A DNA stretch of 63,570 nt, counting the filler, from Globobulimina sp. (lineage: Eukaryota): assembly GCA_003354225.1 (NCBI GenBank). It is 33 parts of 33 records of this genome, joined end to end, with 100 filler letters (N's around TTAATTAATTAA, not from the genome) between each part and the next. Parts side by side here need not be neighbours in the genome. Positions count along the whole stretch, not along the records: positions 48,246 to 50,074 come from PIVH01011462.1; positions 50,175 to 52,002 come from PIVH01011463.1; positions 52,103 to 53,930 come from PIVH01011464.1; positions 54,031 to 55,858 come from PIVH01011465.1; positions 55,959 to 57,786 come from PIVH01011466.1; positions 57,887 to 59,714 come from PIVH01011467.1; positions 59,815 to 61,642 come from PIVH01011468.1; 26 more parts are not named here. The stretch is one strand, 5' to 3'. A model generated the notes under the pieces. That model saw only the letters and a program-made list of their open reading frames with translations, was not told where the DNA came from and made no database searches. Numbering within the stretch: position 1 is the stretch's first letter; each line of letters opens with the position of its first letter. Shown here in pieces: positions 48,498 through 60,332 of the stretch. The translations under genes were made by a program, and so were the position numbers.

Positions 48498-50074
48498 ATG
48501 GGCTCTGACCACAATGATTCGTTGCTTCAACAGCTATTACTATTTGATAAAAATGATATTGTTCATTCTATCAGAACAACGCTGAATGATGATCATATTT
48601 CCAAATTAGTTGATCATCTGAAGAAGAATTATGATATATGCATTTCCGATAATGAATACGAATCAACACTTGCACCACTTCCTCAACCATTGCAACTAAT
48701 CTCTGGTTCAGCGCCCTTGCCACCACCAATCCTATTGGAACGACAACAAAGTAAACAAAAGATTTCCGAATTGCAGACAAAAATAGAAACTCTGGAAAGA
48801 CAGAGTTCTTTGTTGAATATGCAAGTTGATGGATTTCGAAAACATGAAAACAGGCGCAGTGTACTTGCATTTCCACCAATATCAAACAATTTAGGTACAG
48901 ATATTTCATTGTTACCATCCAAAGCAGAGATTAAACCATCCATAAAAATGAAAACATTGCATTGGAAACACATACCAATTCATCAAATATGCAACACGGT
49001 ATGGCAGCAAATATCAAACATTGAGAATGTTATTGTTAATAAAGATATGGGAGCACAACATAAAAATGAAGACGATGTACCATTTTTAGATGTTTTTTTT
49101 AATATTTTATCGTCAAATATAGCAGTTACTGCTGAGTTGATATTTAATTTAAGAACTTTTTTGATTGAAAATGAATATGATTCTGATGCATTGTTAGATG
49201 ATGTTTCTGATTATGACATTGGCAGCAATCTCTATGATAAAAATATTGAATATGTGCAACTGATAAAGAGATTTGGCAAAATAAAACAGAAAATTTGTTT
49301 GCGTGATTTGGAACAATTATTTCCGCGAAGAGCAACAACAATTATTGAGAAAAAAAAGAAACACAAAAAGCATAAAATCCGATTGTTTGGGGAAAAGCGA
49401 GCAAGAAATGTGGCTGCTGCTTCTGTTGCAATTAAAATGCATTCCAAAGATATTAAAAAAGCGATTTTAAGCATGGATGAACATATATTGACTGTGGAAA
49501 TTTTGGCAAAATTAATTAATGTGGTCCCCACACCGGAGGAAGTTACAAAACTGCAGTCATATAATGGTAAAATAAAAGATTTAGGGGAATGTGAACGCTT
49601 TTTTTTTAAATTTATTAATATGGAAAATGTGAAGGAAAGATTGGAAGTTTGTTTATTTTCCAAATACTTTGAACAAACATATACTGTGAATATGAATAAT
49701 GTTATAGCCTTGACATATATGCACGAAACGATAAAAAATTCAACACATTTTAAAACAGTGTTAGCTGTCTTGTTGGCTTGCGGTAATTTTATAAATGGTG
49801 GCACTAAAAAAGGAAGAAAACATGGATTTGTTTTGGAAACGTTGCAGAAAATTGGAGCTTATAAAACAACGGATAATGAAATGAGTATTTTAGGATATTT
49901 GTATAAATATTTACGCTGTAATTACCCGGATGCATTGATGTGGATTGATGAATTTGAAGATTTAGCAGATGTTGTAAGAATTGAATCGGATCAGTTGGAT
50001 CAAGATATCAATGAAATGAGTGATGTACTGCAGAAACTTGAGACAATGTTATCAACAATGGATGAATCTAAAGA
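48498..50074 (+). CDS. Formin (FH2 domain, minimal FH1), 3' partial
   Basis: MKTLHW, TVW, LEQLF, KRARNV, PTPEE, LGECERF, ERL, LACGNFINGG, GFVLETLQKI..YKTTD. Confidence 0.92.
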
Positions 50075-50285
50075 NNNNNNNNNNNNNNNNNNNNNNNNNN
50101 NNNNNNNNNNNNNNNNNNTTAATTAATTAANNNNNNNNNNNNNNNNNNNNNNNNNNNNNNNNNNNNNNNNNNNNGGTATGTCAGTGAGGTGAGTTTTTTT
50201 AAGAATAAATCTTCTAAACTCTAAGAAGAAATGTAAACGAGATTTTGTTGCCAGTATTAAAATCAGATAGGAAAACAGTAGAAAG

Positions 50286-51417
50286 TCATTTTGTAGCACA
50301 ATATCTCAGATTTGTGTCAATAAGCTTGCCAACAAGCAAAGGATGCAGAAAATCCATATCCCACACATTCAATTTAAACAACTCTTTTGGCTCAATATTG
50401 TATAACATTTCAGCATTTACTAATTCAACATCGCATGACAAGCCACAAAATCCAGTTATTAACATAAACAAAACATACTTCCAATTTATAACAGTTGTTA
50501 TTGGTCCATTTACCAGATATAATATTTTGCTCTCAACATCATCATCAACAATTTCCTCAATGTATTGTTTTCCAATGCCGTCATCATATGACAATGACAG
50601 GTACATTTTTTTGTTTCCAACAACATCCACTGACTCACCAATCCATTGCTTAACTTTCTTCATCAAATCATTTGCAAATTCACTTTGCGTTTCTGTCCAT
50701 GAAGAAATAATTCGATAAGCACCATATTCAAATTCATGGAATAAGATAATATTCCATTTCCTTGCTGTCAATTCGCCAATGTTTATGCTTATTAATTATA
50801 CAATTAACAAATGCATCAAATAAATATGGAGCACAGTACCTTAATATATCTTCTTCACAAAATGCCAAAGGAGCACAATATTCCTCTGCATCCTCGCAAT
50901 TTAGAATAACATTAATTAGTTGCGACCTCATAACTGGATTATTTATTTTCTTTCTCCAGTCCCATTCCGTTTTACATCGCAAAATGACAACTTCAGAGTC
51001 AAACGTTTTTATAAATCTTAATGTTTGCCGCACCACATCGATAAATCTGACACTATTTTGAAAGCCATGGGCGCACCACAACTCATTCTCGAAATTGCAT
51101 AAACGAATATCAAGGCATCTTGCACCACAAATTAATTGTCGATAAATAGATAGGTTCTGACAACATGCAAAATTATAAAAAAAAGAAGTACCTCTGCGCA
51201 GTTTATAAGTGTGCGCATTGTGCGTACCAACCAATGTCAATGCATTCAGTGGGATATGTGCAAAATTGTCACCCATCCACGTGGAAAAAGTTGAGGTGTT
51301 TGTAACTGATAATTGTCGGCCTACGCTGGCCTTATAATTAAAGATATAATAAATGAAGCGGATTGGGATGAAAATTAGATTGGTGAGTTTGTTGAGGCAT
51401 TTTTGTTGAACTCTCAA
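50286..51417 (-). CDS. PI-PLC X-domain (PLCXD-like) protein, probably two exons
   Basis: GTHNA, CQNLSIYRQLICGARCLDIRL, WCAHG, SEVVIL. A candidate intron 50839-50761 links to the 50286-50771 ORF. Start uncertain. Confidence 0.8.
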
Positions 51418-52102
51418 CGCAGAATAACTGTCACAACATAATAAGCAAACAATTGAAATCAGCTGTTATAAAATTGGAAATGGTAATATTTATTCGTGAT
51501 AAAATTCAGTTTGCGTTTGTTTTGCACCGGAAATATCATTATAAAATAACCATTGAATTAATGATCGAATTTGGGAAATAAATACACATTGTTTTGAAAA
51601 TGCAATTTGCGTTTGTAATGATCCAAATGTGTCGCAATGCAGTAGGAATATCAATGACTTTAGTTGTGATATTATTGGGAATGAGTCTTCTGAAAGACAC
51701 ATGATTGATGAAAATTAAAAAACGTTTTAGTAAAAAAGATACTAAGTAGTTTAATCATCCGGCCTTTTGTGACTGATTCATAATTATTCTCCACATAAAA
51801 ATGGGACTGCGATTCAGCTGCTTGCAATTGCAACTAATTAAACCAACTAAAACCTCCAAAATAATATACAAACGAACATCGCGAGGCACGAAACGAACTC
51901 CACCGCCACCTCCACCACGCAACAATTATACAAACAATACAAGCAATACAAGCAGAGCCATACCACCACCACCGCCACCAAGAAAAAATACCAACAATGA
52001 ACNNNNNNNNNNNNNNNNNNNNNNNNNNNNNNNNNNNNNNNNNNNNTTAATTAATTAANNNNNNNNNNNNNNNNNNNNNNNNNNNNNNNNNNNNNNNNNN
52101 NN

Positions 52103-52501
52103 GTTGCAAAGTTATTGCTTGCAATGTCCAAATATAACACATTGAAAAAGAATGAAAATGACGAATTGGTATTGGCGGAGATAGCCAATGCATGCATTGA
52201 ATGTGGGATGGAATCAACAAAAAATGATATTGATTTTTTAGCATCTCAAGCTTTAATGTTTTTTGATATGCGATTAGATAAAGAATTATTGGATAGATTT
52301 GATATTCCGTATGATATACTTTTATGGCAAAAACGTTTTAATGAAATGGATGAATGGAAAATATTTCCTGCCGCTTTTTTTAATCTACAACGGTGTTTAC
52401 AGCTTCTTGTGCAATCATCGGTTGCTGCTGGGTCTGGCACGCCTACTCCAAGTTTGTTATGGAAGGATTTAGCACAGAAAGTGTTAAATGAAAATGAGTG
52501 A
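52103..52501 (+). CDS. Hypothetical protein C-terminus, 5' partial
   Basis: Open frame of about 130 codons ending at 52501. Confidence 0.5.
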   Translation, partial: VAKLLLAMSKYNTLKKNENDELVLAEIANACIECGMESTKNDIDFLASQALMFFDMRLDKELLDRFDIPYDILLWQKRFNEMDEWKIFPAAFFNLQRCLQLLVQSSVAAGSGTPTPSLLWKDLAQKVLNENE

Positions 52502-52628
52502 TGACTTTCTGTAGATAATATGCACCATTCTGCCATTTTCAACTATTGCATTTATCCTTGCACTCTAGCCTTAGACAAGCAAAAAAAATGTTTTTTATGG
52601 ACAATAAGTAGTCATAATATAGTATTAT

Positions 52629-53906
52629 TTAAAGATTTAAAAATTGTTTTAATTGTTCTTCCTCAATGATTGCAATGAGGTCTGCAGCGACAGTGGAATA
52701 ATTATAGTGATCTTTATGAGGTTTATATTCTGTTTGATACATTTTAATAGCACGCTGTATATCCTTTGTTGAGAACTGCATGGATCTCAGTCGCACTTCA
52801 ACTGTTTTCCCGTCTGTGGTATTAAAATAATCGGGATGCCTCGAATTAATTTGACAAACAAAATGATATCCATCGTATATTCGTTTTGAAAGTCTATGCC
52901 GAGCAATATGTCTCCAATAACTCTTTCCATACAAGTTATCATTCCGGAAATAACAAAGACTTAATTTTGAATGTCGACTGAAACATTGCATTCTATTTAA
53001 ATTTTGTTTCAATTCACAATACCAATTATTACCGTCATTATGTACAGACATAAATCTATTTTCAATATATTCCAAAATCATGCGATAAGTCACTTTCTTG
53101 CCATCAAACAAAATATACTCAACATCAGCTGTACCATTATCCTCTGCGACTGATTGATATTGGAATATCATCAATTTATAACTGCAAAGATTGCAATATG
53201 TATCCTGTGCAATGTTGAATTTTCGAACTGTTTTATCGTCCAAAACTACGCATTTTCTGCTGTCAACAATTAAAAAAGAATCGTGCCCAATTCGTTCGAG
53301 TTGGACCCTCAGCGTTTTCATTTTGTTGGAGCTGTAATCAAATAAACTGAAGCATGACGTGAATTGATTGAAATTGGCCCATCGCCCATATCGGATCCTA
53401 TCGTTGTCTATAAACAAAAGCTGATTTTGTCGAGGAATATTACATTGCGTCGACCATTCGTCGTACAATGATATTAATTGTTTGTTTGGATTATATCGAC
53501 AATATTTGATGGATAAACCGCGTGGATCGAATTGGAATAAACTCAGACCAATGGATATCTTCTCCATTTCCTGCAAACATAAAATGGCAATCTCTCGCGA
53601 TGTTAACTTGAACCAAAATATATCTCTTTTGTTTAAATAACCACAAATATGAGAAATACATTCATATGAGATTGAAAATAGAGAGATTGCCTCATAATCT
53701 TTCCAAAATTTTGGCTCATTCCACGAGGTTTCATTGGTGATTCGGTTCCAAAAATAATACTCAATGTCGCCCAAATTGTCATTGCTTTGGACCCGTAGCC
53801 ATAATATCTCCTTCACCTTCATATCCATCGCTTTCTTCTCTTGTTTGTGTGTATTGATATGCGTCTTCAGCGGATCTGACAAATCCTTAATGGTTGCTTT
53901 ATTCAC
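52629..53906 (-). CDS. Protein with a WW domain followed by an F-box-like motif
   Basis: W...YYFWNRITNETSWNEP, then LFSISYECISHICGYLNKRDIFWFKLTSR. Confidence 0.65.
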   Translation of the reverse strand: MNKATIKDLSDPLKTHINTHKQEKKAMDMKVKEILWLRVQSNDNLGDIEYYFWNRITNETSWNEPKFWKDYEAISLFSISYECISHICGYLNKRDIFWFKLTSREIAILCLQEMEKISIGLSLFQFDPRGLSIKYCRYNPNKQLISLYDEWSTQCNIPRQNQLLFIDNDRIRYGRWANFNQFTSCFSLFDYSSNKMKTLRVQLERIGHDSFLIVDSRKCVVLDDKTVRKFNIAQDTYCNLCSYKLMIFQYQSVAEDNGTADVEYILFDGKKVTYRMILEYIENRFMSVHNDGNNWYCELKQNLNRMQCFSRHSKLSLCYFRNDNLYGKSYWRHIARHRLSKRIYDGYHFVCQINSRHPDYFNTTDGKTVEVRLRSMQFSTKDIQRAIKMYQTEYKPHKDHYNYSTVAADLIAIIEEEQLKQFLNL

Positions 53907-54030
53907 GATGTTTGATTTATTATAGCTTTTNNNNNNNNNNNNNNNNNNNNNNNNNNNNNNNNNNNNNNNNNNNNTTAATTAATTAANNNNNNNNNNNNNN
54001 NNNNNNNNNNNNNNNNNNNNNNNNNNNNNN

Positions 54031-55858
54031 AACGTTATCCACCAAACATGTGCACCAACAATATCACCAACACAGAATCCTTTATTTACTACAACGGCAA
54101 TAGTAACAGCACCGAATGCAACCGATTCTGTCCAGTACGAAGCACCAATATCACCAACAAGAGAACCAACGATCAAGTTTAGTGTTTCTAGTGTTGATAA
54201 TTATATATGCAACAATGAAAAATGAATACTACTAAAAGTCCAACGGTATCCCCAACAATTCAAATTGAACAATTTTGCAGTATTTCGGTGGTGAATGGCG
54301 TTTGGAAAACCAGTGATGAATCGATACTGAATTTGTGGTCATGCAATGTATTGGATCGCGCAGAATATGCAATAAAAAGTGAAGATTATTATGTATTTCG
54401 TACGAATAACAACGGTAAAACATGGATTGAATCGGATCGATATTGCGAATCAATTTTTGGTACCAAACTATCAACAATTTATGAATCAGTCGATCAAAAT
54501 GCTATCATCAAGCTTGGCAATCAAATAAACGCAACTGATATGTGGATTGGTATGAAATTGGATGACGGCCAATTTTCAGATGGCTCCATTACGTGGACAG
54601 ATGGATCAAAATCAAATTATTCACGTTTAAATTCGGGTTGTTTAGTAATTTTAAATGATGCTGAAATAGGCCGAGATGATAATTCGTGGATCATTGATTC
54701 TTGTGATGATGTACAAAATAGTTGGAGTTGTAACAATTTTATCCCCACCAAATATCCAACCATATCACCCACATTACCCCCAACAGAGAACATTGTACAA
54801 GACACATATTTCACGAAGGTATTAAATTTAATAAAATCGCGTCCATTTGAAACATTTTATATTATTTTAGTCTCAATATCATTAATGTTAACAATTTTTG
54901 CCTTTTTTCATAGTAAAAATTTATGTTTTTGCTGTGTGGCATGTGGATGCTGCAATATTCACTATGCAGATGATGCGCGATGGGCAGTTATTATTGTGTA
55001 TGGCTTACAAATCTGGGACTTTTTAAGTGATTGTTCATTTGCATACAATTTGAATCGAATGTCGATTTTATTCATTTTATCATCATCCTTCATCTTAGTT
55101 CCTTGGATATGCAATATATGTTTTTTATTTATATTCCGATATCAACATAGCATCAATAACAACTTTTCAACAAACAAATGGTTCCGAGATCATTCATACA
55201 AATTGGTATTAATAACAATGCTCTGTGGCTCGGCAAATACATCCATAGATCTCATGAATTCACGTATTTTTGGCTTAGCTCTCTTTGATATGGGCTTAAC
55301 AAAGTTGCAGTTGATTGAAACCACAAAGTTTAAAGTCATATTAAACACATTGTTAGAAAACATCCCGCAAATAACCTTTGCTTGCTATTATATGATAATT
55401 AGCCATGCCATCACTGATTTTGCTGCCATGTCGTTAATATCCTCCACGTTGTCTGTTATTTTAGTGGTTGTGGTCAGCATTATATTCAGCATTGACCCTT
55501 TGAATGATGAATACATTGAAATCACCTTCAAATATAATCTGCCATTAGAGTCTGGGAACGACGATTCAGTGTCGAATATTGAAGCAAAGTTGTTGAAAAG
55601 GTTTGGTTTTCATAAACGAATTGCGAGATCTATTGCGTACTCGTTTGGATTGAATGCAAATTTGGTCACTGTGGATAAGCATAAATATAACATTAAAAAT
55701 AGGAGTGTCACTTTGTTAGTGGCTGTCAATAATAATATTAAAAAAGAAGGTGGCGAGTCGAGAGATAATATTACTGATAATTTAATACATAAAATTGACA
55801 GCAAACATGCTACTTTGATGGTAATTAAATTGTTAGAATCAATTAAATGCAGTGCATA
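54031..55858 (+). CDS. PT-repeat / C-type lectin / multi-TM surface protein, partial; intron 54177-54238
   Basis: SPT repeats. CTLD motifs TW..S..YC, L.TI, WIG, WTDGS, W....C, C. Then about 6 TM helices with WDFLSD and LENIPQ motifs. Confidence 0.8.
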
Positions 55859-56228
55859 NNNNNNNNNNNNNNNNNNNNNNNNNNNNNNNNNNNNNNNNNN
55901 NNTTAATTAATTAANNNNNNNNNNNNNNNNNNNNNNNNNNNNNNNNNNNNNNNNNNNNTTGTTTGTATATTGTTATAAATAATGCAAAAACAAACTACAA
56001 ACAATGATTTCTAGCAACAGTTTGTTTACGACACTGTTTAAATGGACTCTGAAAAAAGTGCAAGTTTTACAATATTCCAAAACAATATATATAAGATACT
56101 GTTCAGCAAAACTTAGTATACCGAATATTGTTTTGATACGTAACACATCAAACTACTATAAAAATAAAATTGCGTGATTCTAGTCATTTTATTAATACTA
56201 CGAAATAATATAATAATTCGCCCGACAC

Positions 56229-57786
56229 TCATTTTCGCTCTTCAGCAAGCAATGGTTTTGCTTCTTGCTCATCCTTATTTCCGTGTATTTGCATTTTTAA
56301 GTCATTGTATGAAGAAAAGGGATCGCACTGTTCAATTGCCCGTACTTTCTGCCTTATAAAATCAAACAATAACCAACAAATAAAACCTAAATATACCCAC
56401 AAAAAAGCCGACAAAATCAACCATTTCAATGCCAACAATGAAATATCATCACCGATGTCCCAATCAATTATGTACAAAGAAACTAAATACACATTAATAA
56501 ATACAATAATCACTCCAATACTTGCATAAAATATTTGCATTTTCACAGATAAAACAAAAGAATTCCCCATAATGCGAGCATTACAACTAAAAAATAATAA
56601 CGGCAGCAATGCAAATGGTAAAATAATGCTTTGTTCCACATTCAACCATCCATTGACAATATCAAATTTTTCTGTGGCGAACACAGCAACCAACAAAGCA
56701 GGAAGCAATGCAATACTCCGTGTCATTAATGTGCGCGCCCATGGCGGCCACTGCAAATTCAAAAAGCCATTCATGACATATTGCCCAGCATAGCAACCCG
56801 TCATTGTTGCTGATTGACCGCTGCATAACAACCCCAATGCCCAAATCCATTTGGCTGTATTACCAAATCTATCCTGTAAATAAAAACCAGCGCTTAGCAA
56901 TCCAGTCTGTTTAGCATCATATCCTGCGTTTCCATAAAAGCCTTTACTGAACACACTCAGCACACACAAATTAATAAAAAACGAAACCAATAACGACAAT
57001 CCAGCTTCCAGTCCGAAGTAAAAGTTTGCTTCTTTTATTGCAGCTTTGTTTGTGCGAGGAATATTTCTTAATTGCACTGTATAGTTCCATTTATATATAT
57101 CATGTGTCAACATTCAAAATGAATATATTTAACCTAATGATGAATGCAAAAACAGATTGAAGGGCATGATGACAGCACCAATAATACCCACAGCTTGCTG
57201 TTGAACCCAGGTATTTTCAGCATTGTTTATTAAGGGTAAGGCCCATCCTTTTAAGATTAACAAGATGTTTGGCGCAGAAATGGCGCACTCCACAACAAAT
57301 AATATGGACATTGTTGCTATTACAGATAAGAAAAAGTATTCAATGCAACGTTGGCCTCTCCAGCTGTTAATTGCTAACAAAAAGAAGGCAGTGAATGCAG
57401 TTAAAATGCAGCCAATCCATAATTTGAGACCAAATAAGATGTTGAATGCAATGGCGGTGCCAATGACTTGTTGAATATCATTGCCTATGATTGTGAGTTC
57501 AATGCCAATCCATAACAACAGGGACACTTTATGGCTGTATTCATATCGACATAATTCAGCTAAGTTTTGTCCAGTAACAGTTGCTAAGCGAACAGATAAC
57601 GATTGTAATAGCCAGCCAATTACAGTGCTCCACCATAAAATCCACAATAACGAATACCCAGAACTTGCACCAGATTGTATATATGCTTCTAAATTGCCCG
57701 AATCTATATAGGCGATGCTCATTAACCATCCTGGACCTACGAATTGTAACAACCGTTGAAATGAGAATGTGACGGCCCCGGTTTTC
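56229..57786 (-). CDS. NRAMP/SLC11 metal transporter with atypical motifs; intron 57133-57077, 5' partial
   Basis: GPGWLMSIAYIDSGN, RLATVTGQNLAELCR, QAVGIIGAVIMPFNLFLHS, GLLCSGQSATMTGCYAGQYVMNGFL, LPFALLP. Confidence 0.95.
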
Positions 57787-58412
57787 NNNNNNNNNNNNNN
57801 NNNNNNNNNNNNNNNNNNNNNNNNNNNNNNTTAATTAATTAANNNNNNNNNNNNNNNNNNNNNNNNNNNNNNNNNNNNNNNNNNNNAGTTATAAATTATC
57901 AATTTTTCACTTTTTGGAAAAGTTGATCACTAATAACAGATGTATACCTGCCCGAAAATTGTGTTCATGAATAATATACGAATATTTTGTTGTTTTGTCT
58001 TATATAGACAGCTTTACAACACTTCAAGAAGCAAATTTACTGTGTACATAACTATAAATTGACAAAACATAACAAAACAAAACAAAACAAAACAAAAAAT
58101 AGGAGTGAGCCGAGTGACTGATCAAAAACAAAAGAATACCAAAATAGGATTGACTGATCAAAATCAAAATCAATATCAAAAGAATAAAAAACGATAATTA
58201 GCAAATCTTTATACTGTTTAAACATTACTTACTAATAAGTATTTTATACAACAACAAAAACAAAACAAACAACAAAAATGTACGTAATAAACATGCAAAC
58301 AAAAATTAAAAACATGCAAACAAAAATTTACCGCAATAAGTAGTTAATAACAGATACAAATTTAATATAAAATTGTTTTTTTTAGCTAGCTAGTAATAAG
58401 AAACATCAATAT

Positions 58413-59714
58413 TTAAAAAAAGCAGAAAACAGCAACCAAAATCCACACAAAATAATATTGCCTCATCACAGCATCATCGGTATCTCCATCCGCGTCCGTA
58501 GGAACCGGCGTAGGCTCCGGGGTTGGCGGCCCAGCAACACTACAATCACCATACGTATCGCCTGACTCCACGCCCTCGCTATTCTTATACACCACACACA
58601 GATTTTCAAGCGACACCCCACCAAATCCATTGCTGCAGACATGATCGCGATCCCTTGCCTTCCCCAAAAGATCGCGCGGGAACGCAAACCGCCAACTGGC
58701 CTCATCGTCTGCGAAATTGGCTACTATGGCTCGCATCACATTGCAACTCGAGCAAAAAAACCCAATATTCATCGTCACCGTATACTGATACGCGTCCAAA
58801 CACACACTGTCGTCATCCACACACTCTCTGGTAATCTGCGGCCGTGCCTGCGCTGCCGCCCTCGCCGCGGCATCCTCATATCCAATATGATAATAAGTAA
58901 CATGCGCAGCAGACTGCGTACACACATCAAGGAACGCGGGCGAAGCCTCCATCACATTAATAAACGCATCTTTAAAGTACTCGAAAATGCCACTTCGCGT
59001 GAACTTGTCATTCAAAATGCAAACGGCCACAGTGGTGCTAAATTCTGCAGAGCAGCCATCGCCATCCGGCTCTACGCACTCGTCGCGATCCCAGCTATCA
59101 TCCATGGTGCAGTTGGGAGTGATTGTGGGCGCGTCAGTGGGTGGAATGGAGGGATGGTCTGACGGAGAGACTGTTGGTTTGAGTGTAGGAGCTCGAGAGG
59201 GGTCGCCCTCTCGCACAGTTGGATGGGGAGTGGGTGCTATCGTGGGTTTTTTGGTGGGTGCTCGGGACGGATCGCCGGCGACAACGGTGGGACTGGGCGT
59301 AGGCATCCCGGTGGGCTGCGTGGGTGCGTTGGTAAGGCCGGTGGGGGCATTGGTAGGCTGCCAGGAGGGGTTATCGGTGGGATTCCAGGTAGGCTCAGTG
59401 CTGGGGTGCCAGGTGGGGAAACTGGTTGGTTGCCAGGTGGTGGGAGCGGGTGCGCTTATCGTGGGCGCGGATGAGGCAGTGGGTTGCGTAGGAACGTTGC
59501 TTGGCAGTTTTGTGGGGCCCACGGTAGGCGGGGTCGGCGCAAAGGTCATGCCAGTATGGCCGCAGATTGATAATGGCATAAATCCGCCCGTGTCCTTTTT
59601 TGCATTTATTTATATATAGGTCAATTATAGAATTTATGTATGTATGTAATTACCTTTGGTGAGCCTGTGGCACTGGCTTTGGTTTTAACCATTAATCCGT
59701 CATAGCACATGTCA
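58413..59714 (-). CDS. PT-repeat mucin-like surface protein with a Cys-rich domain and hydrophobic C-terminal tail, 5' partial
   Basis: Long P-T-x-x repeat and a C-terminal YFVWILVAVFCFF tail (GPI-signal-like). Intron with GTAATT donor near 59653. Confidence 0.8.
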
Positions 59715-59814
59715 NNNNNNNNNNNNNNNNNNNNNNNNNNNNNNNNNNNNNNNNNNNNTTAATTAATTAANNNNNNNNNNNNNNNNNNNNNNNNNNNNNN
59801 NNNNNNNNNNNNNN

Positions 59815-59928
59815 ATGGTCTCATTATTCGAAGACTCCAATTTGTGCGCCATCCACGGCAAACGAGTCACCATTATGCCAAAAGACATGCAGTTGGCCCG
59901 AAGGATCAGAGGCGAAAATAATCAATAA
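59815..59928 (+). CDS. H3: Histone H3 C-terminus, 5' partial
   Basis: [36 protein letters not shown]. Not in the ORF track. Confidence 0.95.
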   Translation: MVSLFEDSNLCAIHGKRVTIMPKDMQLARRIRGENNQ

Positions 59929-59994
59929 ATTATTACTTTTCTTTTAATTCATGATTGTTGGGTATTTATTTTATTATTCAACCTTCCAATACCA

Positions 59995-60010
59995 GGTGTT
60001 TTTCAACACC
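59995..60010 (+). promoter_or_regulatory. Histone mRNA 3' stem-loop
   Basis: acca GGTGTT TTTC AACACC acca: 6-bp stem starting GG, 4-nt UUUC loop and AC-rich flanks, 66 nt after the H3 stop. Confidence 0.9.
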
Positions 60011-60332
60011 ACCAATGATTTCAACTGAAGTAGCGTGTTATTTGACATTAATTGTTGTTTCATTTTAATTTTTAGATGATTTTTACTTAAAAAAATGCTC
60101 AAAAAATATTGAGAAATCCTCAGAACAGTCACTACATGTCTTCGGCCCGATAGTCACAAGACACGCATTATTTGACAACTAGTTCTTTGCAATCAAATCA
60201 ATCCGCTGCGAGAACACAATTGTAAAACAACCACAACCATTGCAATTTTTGATTATTTAATTTAAATCAAACAAAAGTTACATTCAAAATAAATTTATCC
60301 TTACACCAAAAAAACCAAAAATACATACAAAA

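Noticed and set aside
58523-59619. Plus-strand Gly/Val-rich ORFs
   Set aside because: They are antisense shadows of the PT-repeat gene. The same applies to most short opposite-strand ORFs in the track.
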